Positions 13,543-25,724 of a stretch of 64,000 nt of DNA are shown here, in pieces. Below the pieces are notes generated by a model. That model did not search any database. It worked only from the letters and a program-made list of their open reading frames with translations, and was not told the DNA's origin. This DNA is from Chiloscyllium plagiosum (lineage: Eukaryota). The DNA lies in the NCBI RefSeq assembly GCF_004010195.1, contig NC_057719.1, positions 25,802,377-25,866,376 of the forward strand. Reading direction: 5' to 3'. Position 1 is the stretch's first letter; the number at the start of each line of letters is the position of its first letter. The position numbers and the translations under genes are program-made.

Positions 13543-13847
13543 GTGGCACAGTGGTTAGCACTGCTGCCTCACAGCGCCAGAGACCCGGGTTCAATTCCCG
13601 CCTCAGGCGACTGACTGTGTGGAGTTTGCACGTTCTCCCCGTGTCTGCGTGGGTTTCCTCCGGGTGCTCCGGTTTCCTCCCACAGTCCAAAAGATGTACA
13701 GGGTCAGGTGAATTGGCCATGCTAAATTGCCCGTAGTGTTAGGTAAGGGGTAAATGTAGGGGTATGGGTGGGTTTCGCTTCGGCGGGTCGGTGTGGACTT
13801 GTTGGGCCGAAGGGCCTGTTTCCACACTGTAATCTAATCTAATCTAA
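13543..13847 (+). mobile_element. HE1-like SINE, young
   Basis: Near-identical to copies at 37374, 41759, 45515 and 51776; (aatct)n tail. Confidence 0.9.
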
Positions 13848-14201
13848 TGATCATAATGGTGGTGCAGGCTCGAAGGGCAGAATGGCCTCCTCCTGCACCT
13901 ATTGTCTATTGTCTACAAGCAGCCATCCTGAAAATGATCCACTTGCTCCTACTCTCTATTCCCTGCCCATAAACCAATTCTGAACTCATTTTGATAGAGT
14001 ATGTCAATGGTCATCTCAGTTGTTTGAGGCAATACAATAGCACACCATGGAACTGCATATCTCTCTTCCTTACTCCCATTCAAATATCTGGCTTCTTGTT
14101 GGTCTGGGGCTATTGCATTTGTCTTCCCTCAATAAATTCTTTCAACACAAGATATGTTAAAATGTATGATGATTTTCCTGAGTGATTTCTTTCTTACTTA
14201 C

Positions 14202-14368
14202 CATCCACACCATTAAATAAGAAAAGACTGCAATCCATAGAGTGGACATGAGAAAGGTTAGCATGAAGAAATTCTCCCAGCGAGGCTTCGCACAGTTAGG
14301 GACTGTGAAGAACAGCACAAGCAATACCGGCCACGAACTCAACCATTTCACCTTAGTCAAGCATCCCC
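14202..14368 (-). CDS. SLC24A4: NCKX4 coding exon (167 bp), GGCLTKVKWLSSWPVLLVLFFTVPNCAKPRWENFFMLTFLMSTLWIAVFSYLMVWM
   Basis: attgacag|GG GGA TGC...TGG ATG|gtaagt; PNC.KPRWE and LWIAVFSY.MVW motifs. Confidence 0.95.
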
Positions 14369-15102
14369 CTGTCAATAAAATGTAGAGATTACTTTATCAG
14401 CAACGTGAGGGAAAATGCATTCACTCAATGCATTTGACCGAACACAGTCTTGATCCTTTTGACAAAAACATCCAACAGAACGCTTATAATTAAAGCAGTA
14501 CATGCTGGCAACTGTTTGTAATTACAGGCTTTCAGTCACCAGTTCAGGTAGTCAGCTTTTCAATCACAGACAATTGTAAAAACCCTGGGGAAAAATGGCC
14601 GCATTGTCAACTTAAAGGTCCTGATGTTTACAATCACATTCAATTTGTTTTATTTCTGGATTTTACACTTTGCTCACAGTAGCACCTCACTGAGCCATGA
14701 AATTAGGCAAGTGATTTATTTAATAGTTGAAACGACTACTGCAAAAATATTACAACACAATAAAACTGGAAATATTTTTCTGAATGCAAATCATGTTGAT
14801 AAAAAGGCCAACGTTCATTCAAGCATTTCCCCTACTTCATATTATATTTTATTTAGGTTCAACAGCTGCTTAACTCATCTCTGCTACCAATAGTGCATAC
14901 TATTGTTGATTGTAAGCAGGGTAACAAGACTGGGTATCACCTCTTGCAATGAATATTTCTGTAAATTTGCAAAGGAAATGTGATATAGTTTATTGTTTAT
15001 CATGATGAAGGCCATGTCAGTTTCCAGTCTAGAATGACACAAATGTAATAGATTCAACTGGACCTGATCTTGCAGTTTCAGCGTAGTGTAGACGTTTAGT
15101 AA

Positions 15103-15270
15103 CAGGTCAGGCAGCATCCAAGGAGCAGGAGAATCGACTTTTTGGGCAAGAGCTCTTCATCAGGAGTTGAAGGGCTAATGAAGCTCGGATGCTGCCTGAC
15201 CTGCTGTGCTTTCCCAGCACCACACTCTCAACTCTGATCTCCAGCATCTGTAGTCCTCGCTTTCTCCTAC
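15103..15270. mobile_element. Palindromic family A element
   Basis: caggtcaggcagcatcc / ggatgctgcctgacctg arms; degenerate core about 15135-15164 (-); flanks gtttagtaacag / gtttagtagcag. Confidence 0.75.
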
Positions 15271-16049
15271 AGGTTTAGTAGCAGCCATGTTAGCACACAT
15301 TCTCCTCCTTTTTACCTGAGCACTACCATCCCCATCTCCCCATCATTTGAGACAACAGTCTGTAGAATAGGAGTATAACAAGAGAAAAATAATGCGAGGA
15401 ACTGTCTGAAATTAAAGGTTATTGCTTCAAACAGAGAAATAATTTGGTAACATTAAGTTGCAGTTTTGCTGTGTACAGCACTGTTAAAATTAATTTGAGA
15501 TGTAGAGTCAATGATTATGGAATGAATTTATTAAGGGAACTAGCTTATTTATGAATGCTTCAAGCCTTTGAATGGCTGACATCTTCATCCTGCTACAATT
15601 TGTCTGTGGCATTTCCAAGGTAATTTATGAAGTAAGGCCACAGAACAATGTTTGTTTACAAATTAAACTGAGTGCAGATGGCACACTGCTTCATGAAGTG
15701 GTTTGCCCCTGCCCCACCTTGTTGGTAAATCGATGAGCTGGAAAAGAAAAAAAAGGCAAAGGTTCCATGTTTTTCATTAGTGAATTGGCAAAATGCCTGT
15801 CCAATTATAGTGGAATTATGAATGTTTCAAGGTGAGAGCAAGGGCACTTTCAATTGAAATTACGACTGTCAGACATCACACAGGGCATTGTGTACTCCAC
15901 AGTGATTATGAGGAACAGTAGAAATCAAACCATTTGTTGGAAGAAAGGTTTTCAATAATGTATAAAATAATGTAAAATAAGTATTTTAAAAAATCACTCT
16001 AGTTTTCAAACTTCTTATAGGAGTCAAGTAACAACAACTACCATCCATA

Positions 16050-16590
16050 AGAAAGCGTTCAGCATGCCTGTCTTCACTGCTAGAGTATTGAGTAAAGGAG
16101 TTGAGATGTCATGTTGAGTTTGTAAAGGACGTTGGTGAGGCCACTTCTGGAATACTGTACAGTTCTGGTTGTTCTGCTATAGGAAGGATATTATTTAACA
16201 AGAAAGGGTTCAGAAAGAAATTACCAGGATGTTGCCGATGAGGCTGGATAGGCTGGGATTTTTTTCACTGAAGCATAGGAGGTTGAGGACTGACCTGATT
16301 GAGATCTACAAAATCATGAGTGGCATAGATAGGGTGAGTAGGAAAGTCTTTTCCCCAGAGTGGAGGAGTTCAAAACTAGGGAACATATTTTTTAGGTGAG
16401 AGGGGAAAGATTTCAAAGGGACCTGAGGGACACCTTTTTCACACAAAGTAGTTCATATGTGGAATGAACTGCCAGAGGGAGTGGCAGATGCAGGTACAGT
16501 TAGGTGGGACTGGTTTAGTTTGGGAAACTTTGTATGCATGGATAAGTTGGACTGAAGGATCTGTTTCTGTGCTGTATGGCTCCATGATTC
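16050..16590 (+). mobile_element. CR1 LINE 3' fragment
   Basis: Similar to the other CR1 3' ends in the window. Confidence 0.8.
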
Positions 16591-17462
16591 AATAATATAT
16601 TTCAATGCACTTTAACAACTGAAAATGCCTGTTGACCATTGGTAGAAGACTAGGTGGGAGATATACTCAAGAGAATATATTTTGAACTAATTTCTGAAGG
16701 CAGGCAGCAAGGCAGAGGAGCTTAAGAGAAGTGATGGTTATGTCCATCACCAAAGGTGAAGTGGACAGCAGAAGAATGCACTCCATTCATGAGGAAGACC
16801 TGAAAATATTGAGGTTCTTTCCCACACCACTGAGCCAACTGCATTAAAATCTTTCAAAGTACAACTAGAGCCACCTCTAAATGGTTACTAAGAAGGCTAA
16901 TTCTACTCTATTTGGAAGCTATTGATAGATGTTCAGATGGCAATCCAGCTCAAGACACAGCTCAAATCATTAAAGTGACACAGATCACATTCAAAAAGAA
17001 GAGTTGTCACATTTGTTTCAATACTTTAGCCAAAGAACAAAGTGTTTCAGAGTGAAAACTAAAGCCACCATTGTGAAGCAGCAAAGCAAAAGAATATCTC
17101 GACAGGTATATTGAATGCCGAGGGTGAACAGGGATATTGCACAAATGAAGTAAAGTGATAGAGATATTATAGTAGACACTTAAAGGGATATTTTAGAACA
17201 CAGAATGGTTACCTTCCAATGAGAAAGAAAAGGTCCAAGGGGGAGGACCCACCATAGTTGATCAATTAAAAAGTTAAAGATAGTATCAAACTTAAAGAAG
17301 AAGTATACAATTGCAGATCAGAAGCTTGGATACATTATTGGAAAAAGAAAAGCATATTGAAATATTTAATATTGAGGGAGAAATTTGGAAATGGAGAAAA
17401 CGAGTGAGAAATATAGAAACAGGAAATAAGAATTCCTATAAATATTTAAGAAAAAGAATGAA

Positions 17463-17694
17463 TGAGACAAAGTCTTTTCCCTGGGGTCGGGGAGTCCAGA
17501 ACTAGAGGGCATAGATTTAGGGCGAGAGGGGAAAGATATAAAAGAGACCTAAGGGGCAACTTTTTCACACAGAGGGTGGTACGGGTATGGAATGAGCTGT
17601 CAGAGGATGTGGTGGAGGCTGGTACAATTGCGGCATGGACAGGTTAGACCGAAGGGTCTGTTTCCATGCTGTACATCTCTATGACTCTATGACT
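17463..17694 (+). mobile_element. CR1 3' end inserted into an older CR1 (about 16900-17930)
   Basis: SRTRGHRF...GNFFTQRVV; (ctatgact)n tail. Confidence 0.8.
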
Positions 17695-17984
17695 AATAAA
17701 GGGAGTGTTGGAACTATAGAAAGCGAGTCCAGAGAAGTATCAATGGAAATTAATGAGATGGCAGCAGAATTGAATTTGCATTGCTCTTCATTATAAAGGA
17801 TACAAGCAACATTCCTGAGCTAGCTGTAAATCAGGAAATGGAGGGAGGAATTCAAGCAAACTTTCCCTGGACAAATGGTATTGAGCAAAGTTTCGGTGCT
17901 TGGCTGATAGGTCCCAGGTCCTTATGAAGACATGTCTATGAGTGAGGAAGACTGACGGATCCTGAATTTAGGATCGAAGGAGCA

Positions 17985-19590
17985 TCAGTTTTTGACTTTG
18001 GTAAACTCCCCATGGTAAACTAATGGAGGAAGTGAAGTCACATGGTGTGCAGGGTGTTCTAGCTAGGTGGATAAAGAACTGGTTGAGCAAAAGGAGACAG
18101 AGAGTAGTAGTTGAAGGGAATTTCTCAAAATGGAGAAAGCTGACCAGTGGTGTTCCACAGGGGTCAGTGTTGGGGCCACTGTTGTTTGTGATATTCATAA
18201 ATGATCTAGAAGGGGACACTGTTGGTATGGTCAGTAACTTTGCAGACGACACAAAGATTGGTGGAGTAGCAGAAAGCATAAGGGACTGTCAGAGAATACA
18301 GGAGGATATATGAATAAAGAACTGGTTGAGCAACAGGAGACAGAGAGTAGTAGTTGAAGGGGATTTCTCAAAATGAAGAAAGGTGACCAGTGGTGTTCCA
18401 CAGGGGTCAGTATTGGGGCCACTGTTGTTTGTGATATACATAAATGACCTGGAAGAGGGCACTGATGGTATGGTCAGTAACTTTGCAGACGACACATAGA
18501 TTGGTGGAGTAGCAGAAAGCATAGGGGACTGTCAAAGAATACCGGAAAATATAGATAGACTCGAGAGAAGTAGCAAATGGAGTTCAATTCAGCAAATGTA
18601 AGGTGATGCATTTTGGGAAGTCTAATTCTAGAACCAACTACACTGTAAACGGAAGAGCCTTGGGAAAGGTTGATGAGCAAAGAGATCTGGGAGTTCAGGT
18701 CCATTGTACCCTGAAGGTGGCTGCACAGATGGACAGAGTGGTCAAGAAGGCATACGGTATGCTTAGTTAAAAATCACACAACACCAGATCATAGTCCAAA
18801 AGGTTTAATTGGAAACACTAGCTTTCGGTGGTTGATGAAGGACTACCTGATGAAGGAGCGGTGCTCCGAAAGCTCGTGCTTCTAATTAAACCTGTTGGAC
18901 TATAACAGGGTGTTGTGTGATTTTTAACTTTGTCCACCCCAGTCCAACACCAGCATCTCCAAATTATGGTATGCTTGCCTTCATTGAATGGGGTATTGAG
19001 TATAAGAGTTGGCAGGTCATGTTAAATCTGTACAAGACACTGGTTTGGCCGCATTTAGAATACTGTGTACAGTTCTGGTCGCCACATTACGAAAAGGATG
19101 TGGACGCTTTGGAGAGGTTGCAGAGAAGGTTTATGAGGATGTTGCCTGGTTTGGAAGGTGCTGGCTATGAAGAGAGGCTGAGTAGGTTAGGATTGTTTTC
19201 ATTAAAAAAAAGATTGAGGGGGGACCTGATTGAGGTTTACAAAATCATGAAGGGTATAGACAGGGTAGATAGATATAAGCTTTTTTCCAGTGTGAGAGAT
19301 TCAATAACGAGAGGTCACGCGTTCAAGGTGAGAGCTGAAAAGTTTAAGGGGGATATACGCAGCAAGTACTTTACACAGAGGTGCCTGGAACACGTTGCCA
19401 GCAGAGGTAGTAGAGGCAGGCACAGTAGATTCATTTAAGGTGTGTCTGGACAGATGCATGAGTAGGTAGGGAGCAGAGGGATACAGATGCTTAGGAATTG
19501 GGCGACAGGTTTAGACAGTGGATTTAGATCAGCTCATGCTTGGAGGGCCGAACAGCCTGTCCCTGGGCTGTAAATTTTCTTTGTTCTTTG
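17985..19590 (+). mobile_element. CR1 LINE RT and 3' fragment with internal tandem duplication and nested family B element
   Basis: [13 protein letters not shown]...NFADDTK occurs twice. Confidence 0.9.
18765..18967. mobile_element. Palindromic family B element with hammerhead core
   Basis: CTGATGAAGGAGCGGTGCTCCGAAAGCTC at 18847-18875; TSD ggtatgctt (18756-18764 / 18968-18976). Confidence 0.85.
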
Positions 19591-20344
19591 TCCAATAGGT
19601 GTGACGTACTTACTCGCTGTGTAGATGAGAAAAGGACAGTATCAAAAGTGGGTAAATTAACTACTGTAGCATCTACAGGAGGCCATTCAAGCAGGGGAGT
19701 GAAAACAAAACTAGTAGTGGTAGGAATTCTATAAGTAAGAGCACAAATAGCATTCTGTGTAAGCAGGATCGAGAGTCTCATGTCGTGTACTGTCTACCTG
19801 GTACCAAAGTGAGGGACATTTCAAATCGGCATGAAAAGATTTTGGAGAGGGAGGGGGAGGATCCACTTGTTGTGTTCCATGTTGGCACCAACAACGTAGG
19901 TAAGAGTAAGCAAGAAGTCTGGCAGCATGTGTGAAGAGAAATCAAAATTTACATTTCAGGTCTGGTGAGGAAGGGTCACTGGATCCAAAACATTAACTTT
20001 GATTTCTTTCCACAGACCTTGCCAGATCTGCTGAGCTTTTTCAGCAATTTCTGTTTTTCTTGCTGATTTAGAGCATCCATAGTTCCTTCGGTTTTTTTTA
20101 GTAGGCAAGAGGTCCTGTCGGGGAAGTGTCAGGAATTATGAGCAAAAATAAAGATCTGGACTTCGATGGTTATAAACTTAGGTTTATTATCTGAGCCATA
20201 TGCAAATTGGCATAGAGATAAGAAAATTAAGGTCATAAATGGATAAAGGAGAGGTGTGGAAAGGAAAGGTTCCATTTTGTGGGGCCCTGACATCAGTGTT
20301 GGGATAGGAAGGATCTGTAATGACAGAACGGACTCCACCTGAAC

Positions 20345-21838
20345 ATGGCGGTTCAGTGGTGAGCACTGCTGCCTCACAGCGCCAGGGACCCAGCTTCAAT
20401 TCCCGCCTTGGGCAACTGTCTGTGTGGAGTCCAAAGATGTGCAGGTTATGTGAATTGGCCGTACTAAATTGCCTGTATTGCTATGTGCAGGGATAAATGT
20501 AGTGGAATTGGACTGGGTGGGTTGCTCTTCGGAAGGTTGGTGTGGACTTGTTGGGCCGAAGGGCCTGTTTTCACACTGTCGGGAATCCAATCTAACCTAA
20601 TCTCCTCTCTGCCTTCTCTTTGTGGGCGGCACAGTGGTAAGCACTGCTTCCTCACAGCGCCAGAGACCCGGGTTCAATTGCCGCCTCAAGTGACTGACTG
20701 TGTGGAGTTTGCACATTCTCCCCGTGTCTGCGTGGGTTTCCTCCCACAGTCCAAAAATGTGCAGGTTAGGTGANNNNNNNNNNNNNNNNNNNNNNNNNNN
20801 NNNNNNNNNNNNNNNNNNNNNNNNNNNNNNNNNNNNNNNNNNNNNNNNNNNNNNNNNNNNNNNNNNNNNNNNNNNNNNNNNNNNNNNNNNNNNNNNNNNN
20901 NNNNNNNNNNNNNNNNNNNNNNNNNNNNNNNNNNNNNNNNNNNNNNNNNNNNNNNNNNNNNNNNNNNTTCTGTTTTTCTTGCTGATTTAGAGCATCCATA
21001 GTTCTTTCGGTTTTTTTTAGTAGGCAAGAGGTCCTGTCGGGGGAGTGTCAGGAATTATGAGCAAAAATAAAGATCTGGACTTCAATGGTTATAATCTTAG
21101 GTTTATTATCTGAACCATATGCAAATTGGCATAGAGATAAGAAAATTAAGGTCATAAATTGATAAAGGAGAGGTGTGGAAAGGAAAGGTTCCATTTTGTG
21201 GGGCCCTGATATCAGTGTTGGGATAGGAAGGATCTGTACTGACAGAATGGACTCCACCTGAACATGGCAGCTCAGTGGTGAGCACTGCTGCCTCACAGCG
21301 CCAGGGACCCAGCTTCAATTCCTGCCTTGGGCAACTGTCTGTGTGGAGTCCAAAGATGTGCAGGTTATGTGAATTGGCCGTACTAAATTGCCCGCATTGC
21401 TATGTGCAGGGATAAATGTAGTGGAATTGGACTGGGTGGGTTGCTCTTCGGAGGGTTGGTGTGGACTTGTTGGGCCGAAGGGCCTGTTTCCACACTGTCG
21501 GGAATCCAATCTAACCTAATCTCCTCTCTGCCTTCTCTTTGTGGGCGGCACAGTGGTAAGCACTGCTGCCTTACAGCGCCAGAGACCCGGGTTCAATTGC
21601 CGCCTCAAGTGACTGACTGTGTGGAGTTTGTACATTCTCCCCGTGTCTGTGTGGGTTTCTTCCGGGTGCTCCGGTTTCCTCCCACAGTCCAAAAATGTGC
21701 AGGTTAGGTGAATTGGCCATGCTAAATAGCCCGTAGTGTTAGGTGAAGGGGTAAATGTAGGGGAATGGGTCTGGGCAGGTCGGTGTGGACTTGTTGGGTC
21801 GAAGGGCCTGTTTCCACACTGTAAGTAATCTAATCTAA
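20345..21838 (+). mobile_element. HE1-like SINE pairs (about 20345-20600, 20622-20773, 21265-21520, 21542-21838)
   Basis: HE1 heads and tails, duplicated across the gap. Confidence 0.85.
20774..20967. other. Assembly gap
   Basis: Run of N. Confidence 1.
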
Positions 21839-22749
21839 TGTGGGAATCCTAGTGGAAAGGCTCAATAGGGTGTTCATAACAGCTTTAAAATATTTAAGAG
21901 GGAGTGGAGGAGCTTGGGAGGCGGAGGGAATGCTCAACAGAGGTTATGAAATTTTCCATAGCAAGTAATAGGACAGAGGGAAGGAAAGGGCCAGGAACCT
22001 ACCTTCAATTACAGAAGGTAAAGGGATAACTATAAGAGAGGGGCAGTGATTGCAGGACTGAGGGTGTGTACTTAAATGCGTGCAGTATATAAAACAAGGT
22101 AACTGAGCTTGTATCACAGATTGAAATTGGTGGGTACAATGTTCTAGGCATCAAAGAGATGTGCCTGCAAGGGATTACGGCTGGGAAGTAAATATCCAAG
22201 ATTACTTGTCCTATTGAAAGGACAGGCAGATCGGCGGGGAGGGGGCGGAGTTGCCTTCATGATAAGAAATGAAATTAAATTGACAGCAGTGAGTGCTATG
22301 GAGTCAGAAGGTTTGGAATCTGTGTGGATACAGTTGAAGAACTGCAAAGATAAAAAGATCCTGACGGGAGTTGTGTGCAGGCCCCCTAGCAGTAGTCAGG
22401 ATATGGAGTAGAAAATAAATCGGTAGATTAAAAAGCATGTAAGAAAGGCACCATTGCAGTAATCATGGGGGACGTCAAATTGCAGGTGGACTAGGAAAAT
22501 CAGGTTGGTAGCAGATCCAAAGTAATGTAAGTTGTGGCATATGTATGAAATTTTGTTTGGAGCAGCTTGTGGTAGAGCCCACTAGGGAACAGGCCACTCT
22601 AGATTTAGTGATGTGTAATGAGGCAGACTCGATTAGAGAGCTGAAGGCGAAGGAACTCCCAGGGAGCAGTGACCACAATATGACAGAATTCACCCCGCAG
22701 TTTGAGAGGGAGGAGCCGGAATAAATGTAAGAGTTTGACAACTGAGTAA

Positions 22750-23028
22750 CAGTGTCGAAAAGTGTGGCACTGGAAAAGCACAGTGGGTCAGGCAGTATCC
22801 GAGGAGCAGTAAAATCGACGTTTCGGGCAAAAGCCCTTCATCAGAAATACAGCTTTTACCTAGTATCCAAGGAGCAGGAGAGTTGACGTTTTGGGCACAT
22901 TCCTGATGAAGGGCTTAGGCTGGAAATGTCGATTGCCTTGCTTCTCGGATGTTGCCTGACCTGCTGTGCTTTTCCAGCGCCACACGTTTTGACTGTGATC
23001 TCCAGCATCTGTAGTCCTCACTTTCTCC
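22750..23028. mobile_element. Compound palindromic family A element with two hammerhead cores
   Basis: Intact minus core CTGATGAAGGGCTTTTGCCCGAAACGTC at 22817-22844; plus core 22903-22930; flanks caactgagtaa / caactgaataa. Confidence 0.85.
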
Positions 23029-25724
23029 CAACTGAATAAAGGTAACCCTAAAGACATGAAGGAGGAGCTGGCCGCAGTTGATTAGAAGGGGAAGCCTAGC
23101 AGAGAAAATGGTGGAGTAGCAATGGCAAGGGTTTCTGGGGGTAATTCAGGAGGCGCAGCAGAAAATCATCGCAAGGAAGAATTGGGGAGGATGAGGCAAC
23201 CATGACTGATAAGAGAAGTCAGGGACAGCTTTAAAGGAAAACAGAAAACATACAATGTGGTGATGATTATTGAGAAGCCAAAGAATTGAGGTGCCTTTAA
23301 AAATCAGCAAAGGACCACTAAAAGCAATAAAGTGGGAGAACATCAAATATGAAAGTTAGCTAATTAGTAATATAAAAGGAGATTGCAAGAGATTTTTTTG
23401 ATGTATGAAAGGTTAGAGAGAGGCTGGAAAATAAGGCTGGAGAAGTAGTAGTAGGAAACAGAGAAATAGCAGAGGAACTGAAAAGGCAATTTGCATCAGA
23501 CATCATGATTGAAGACACCAGTGGCATACCAGAAGACCATAAGGCCATAAGGTACAGGAACAGAATTAGGCTGTTTCACCTATCAAGTCTGCTCCACCAT
23601 TTGATCATGGCACATATGATGCTCAACCCATTCTTCTGCCTTACTTGGCAATGCTTGATCCCCTTACTTCAACTTAAAAAGAGTCAAGGGGCAGAGGTGA
23701 ATACAGTAGATATTGCTAAGGAGAAGGTGGATAAATCACCGGGACCAGATAGACTACACTTCAGGATTCTGAAGGAGGTAGCAGAGGAGACTTTGGAAGC
23801 ATTAATGATGATCTTTTGACAATCACTGAAGTCAGGCAGGGTCCCAGAGGACTAGAAAATGAATAATATAACATCCCTATGTAAGGAGGGAGACAGGTAG
23901 AAGACAGGAAATAATAGGTCAATTATCTTGACCTCAATTGTTAGTAAGATATTAGAGTCCATTATTAAGGATGAGATTGCAGAGTACTTGCATGTGCATG
24001 GCATAATAGAACTGAATGAGTATGGCTTTCTTCAAGGGGACATCATGCCTGACAAATATGTTAGAATTCATTGAGTAGGTAATGAGCAAGTTAGACAAAG
24101 GACAGCCAGGATTGCTAGAAGGCATATTACAACATAGAGGCCCATGATGTTAGGGGCAAGATAATAGCACGGATAGAGGATTGGCTGACTGGCAGAAGGC
24201 AGAGAGTAAGAATAAAGGGGTCTTCTTCACAATAACGGCCAGTGACTAGTAGAGTTCCACAGGGGTCCATGCTGTGACCACAAATATTCACATTAAATGT
24301 TAATGATCTGGATGAAGGAACTGAGGGCATTGTTCTAAGTTTGCAGATGACACAAATATAGGTGGATGGGCAGGTAGTGTCAAGGAAGCAGGGAGGTTGT
24401 AGAAGACTTGGATAGGCTAGGAGAGTGGGCCAAGAAGTAGCAGAAGGAAACAATGTGCAAGGTTATGTACTTCAGTACGAAGAATAGACTGTTTTCTAAA
24501 TGGGGAAAGGCTTTGGAAATCTCAAGCCAAAATAAACTTAAGAGTCTGAGTTCAGGATTCTCTTAAGGTTAACGTGCAGGTTCAGTTGGTAGTTAGGAAA
24601 GCAAATGCAATGTTAGCATTCATTTTGAGAGGGCTAGAATATATAAACAGGGATATACTGTGGAGTTTGTATAAGGTTTTGGTCATATCCCATTTGGAAT
24701 TTTGTGAGCGGTTTTGGGCCCCATATCTAAGACAGGACATGCTGATGTTGGAGGGGAACCAGATGGATTTCACAAGAATTATCCAAAGGATGAAGGCTTC
24801 TCATATGAGGAGTGATTAGGACTGTGGGTCTGTACTGCATGAGGTTTAGAAGGATAAGGAGCGATCTCATCGAAATTTGCAGAATACTGTGAGGCCTGGA
24901 TAGAGTAGATGTGGAGAAGATATTTCCACTAAGTAGGAAAGACTTGGAGCTGAGGGCATAACTTCAGAGTGAATGAATGACTTTTTTGAACTGAGATAAG
25001 GAGGAATTTCTTCAGCTCGAGTATGGTAAATCTGTGCAACTCATTGCCACAGAGGGCTGTGGAGGCCAAGTCATTGAGTGTCTTTAAGACAGAGACAGAG
25101 ACAGATAGGTTCTTGACTGGCAGTAAAATGGGTTTTTAAAACATATAAGCCATGATCAGCTGGTGAAGCAGACCTGATGAGCTGAATGGTCTATATTCTG
25201 CTCCTCCATCTTTAGTCTTGTAGAATCGTTAAGCAAGTGGCTAGTGACGAATTGATATGTTGGTTTTAATTTTCCAAAATTCCTTTCCTGTGGGGAAGGA
25301 TCAATTAGATTGGAAAATAATGAATTCTGTTATTCACAAAGAGAGAGAAACAGAAATCTGTGAAGTACAAGCCAGTTAGCTTAGTAGTTGCCATTAGACG
25401 CTAATTAAATAAATTATAGCAGGGCTCTTAGAAAAATTCAAGGTAATCAGTCAGATTCAACACGGGCTTGCAAAAGGAGAATCATATTTAACTAATTTAT
25501 TGGAGCTTGTTAATTTCTGTTGTGGACAGAGGGGACTGGGTGGATGTACTGTGTTTAAATTTACAGAAGGTACTTAAGAAACAGTCATATCAAAATGTTT
25601 TACAGAGAATAAAAGCTCATGATGTCGGGTAACATTTTGGCATTGTTGGAAGATTGGCGGGCTAACAGGAAAAAGGCAGTACACTTAAGTGTTTTTCTTT
25701 TCTGATTGGCAAGATGTCATGAGT

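Larger units (their letters stand above)
19780..25210 (+). mobile_element. Near full-length degenerate CR1 LINE (esterase-type ORF1 remnant, endonuclease, RT) with nested insertions
   Basis: ORF1-like VVFHVGTNNVG near 19870-19900; RRGGGGVAFMIR and ESVWIQL endonuclease motifs; RT and 3' end at 23040-25210. Confidence 0.8.

Noticed and set aside
13543..13620. tRNA genes at HE1 SINE heads
   Set aside because: tRNA-derived promoter regions of SINEs, with no complete cloverleaf
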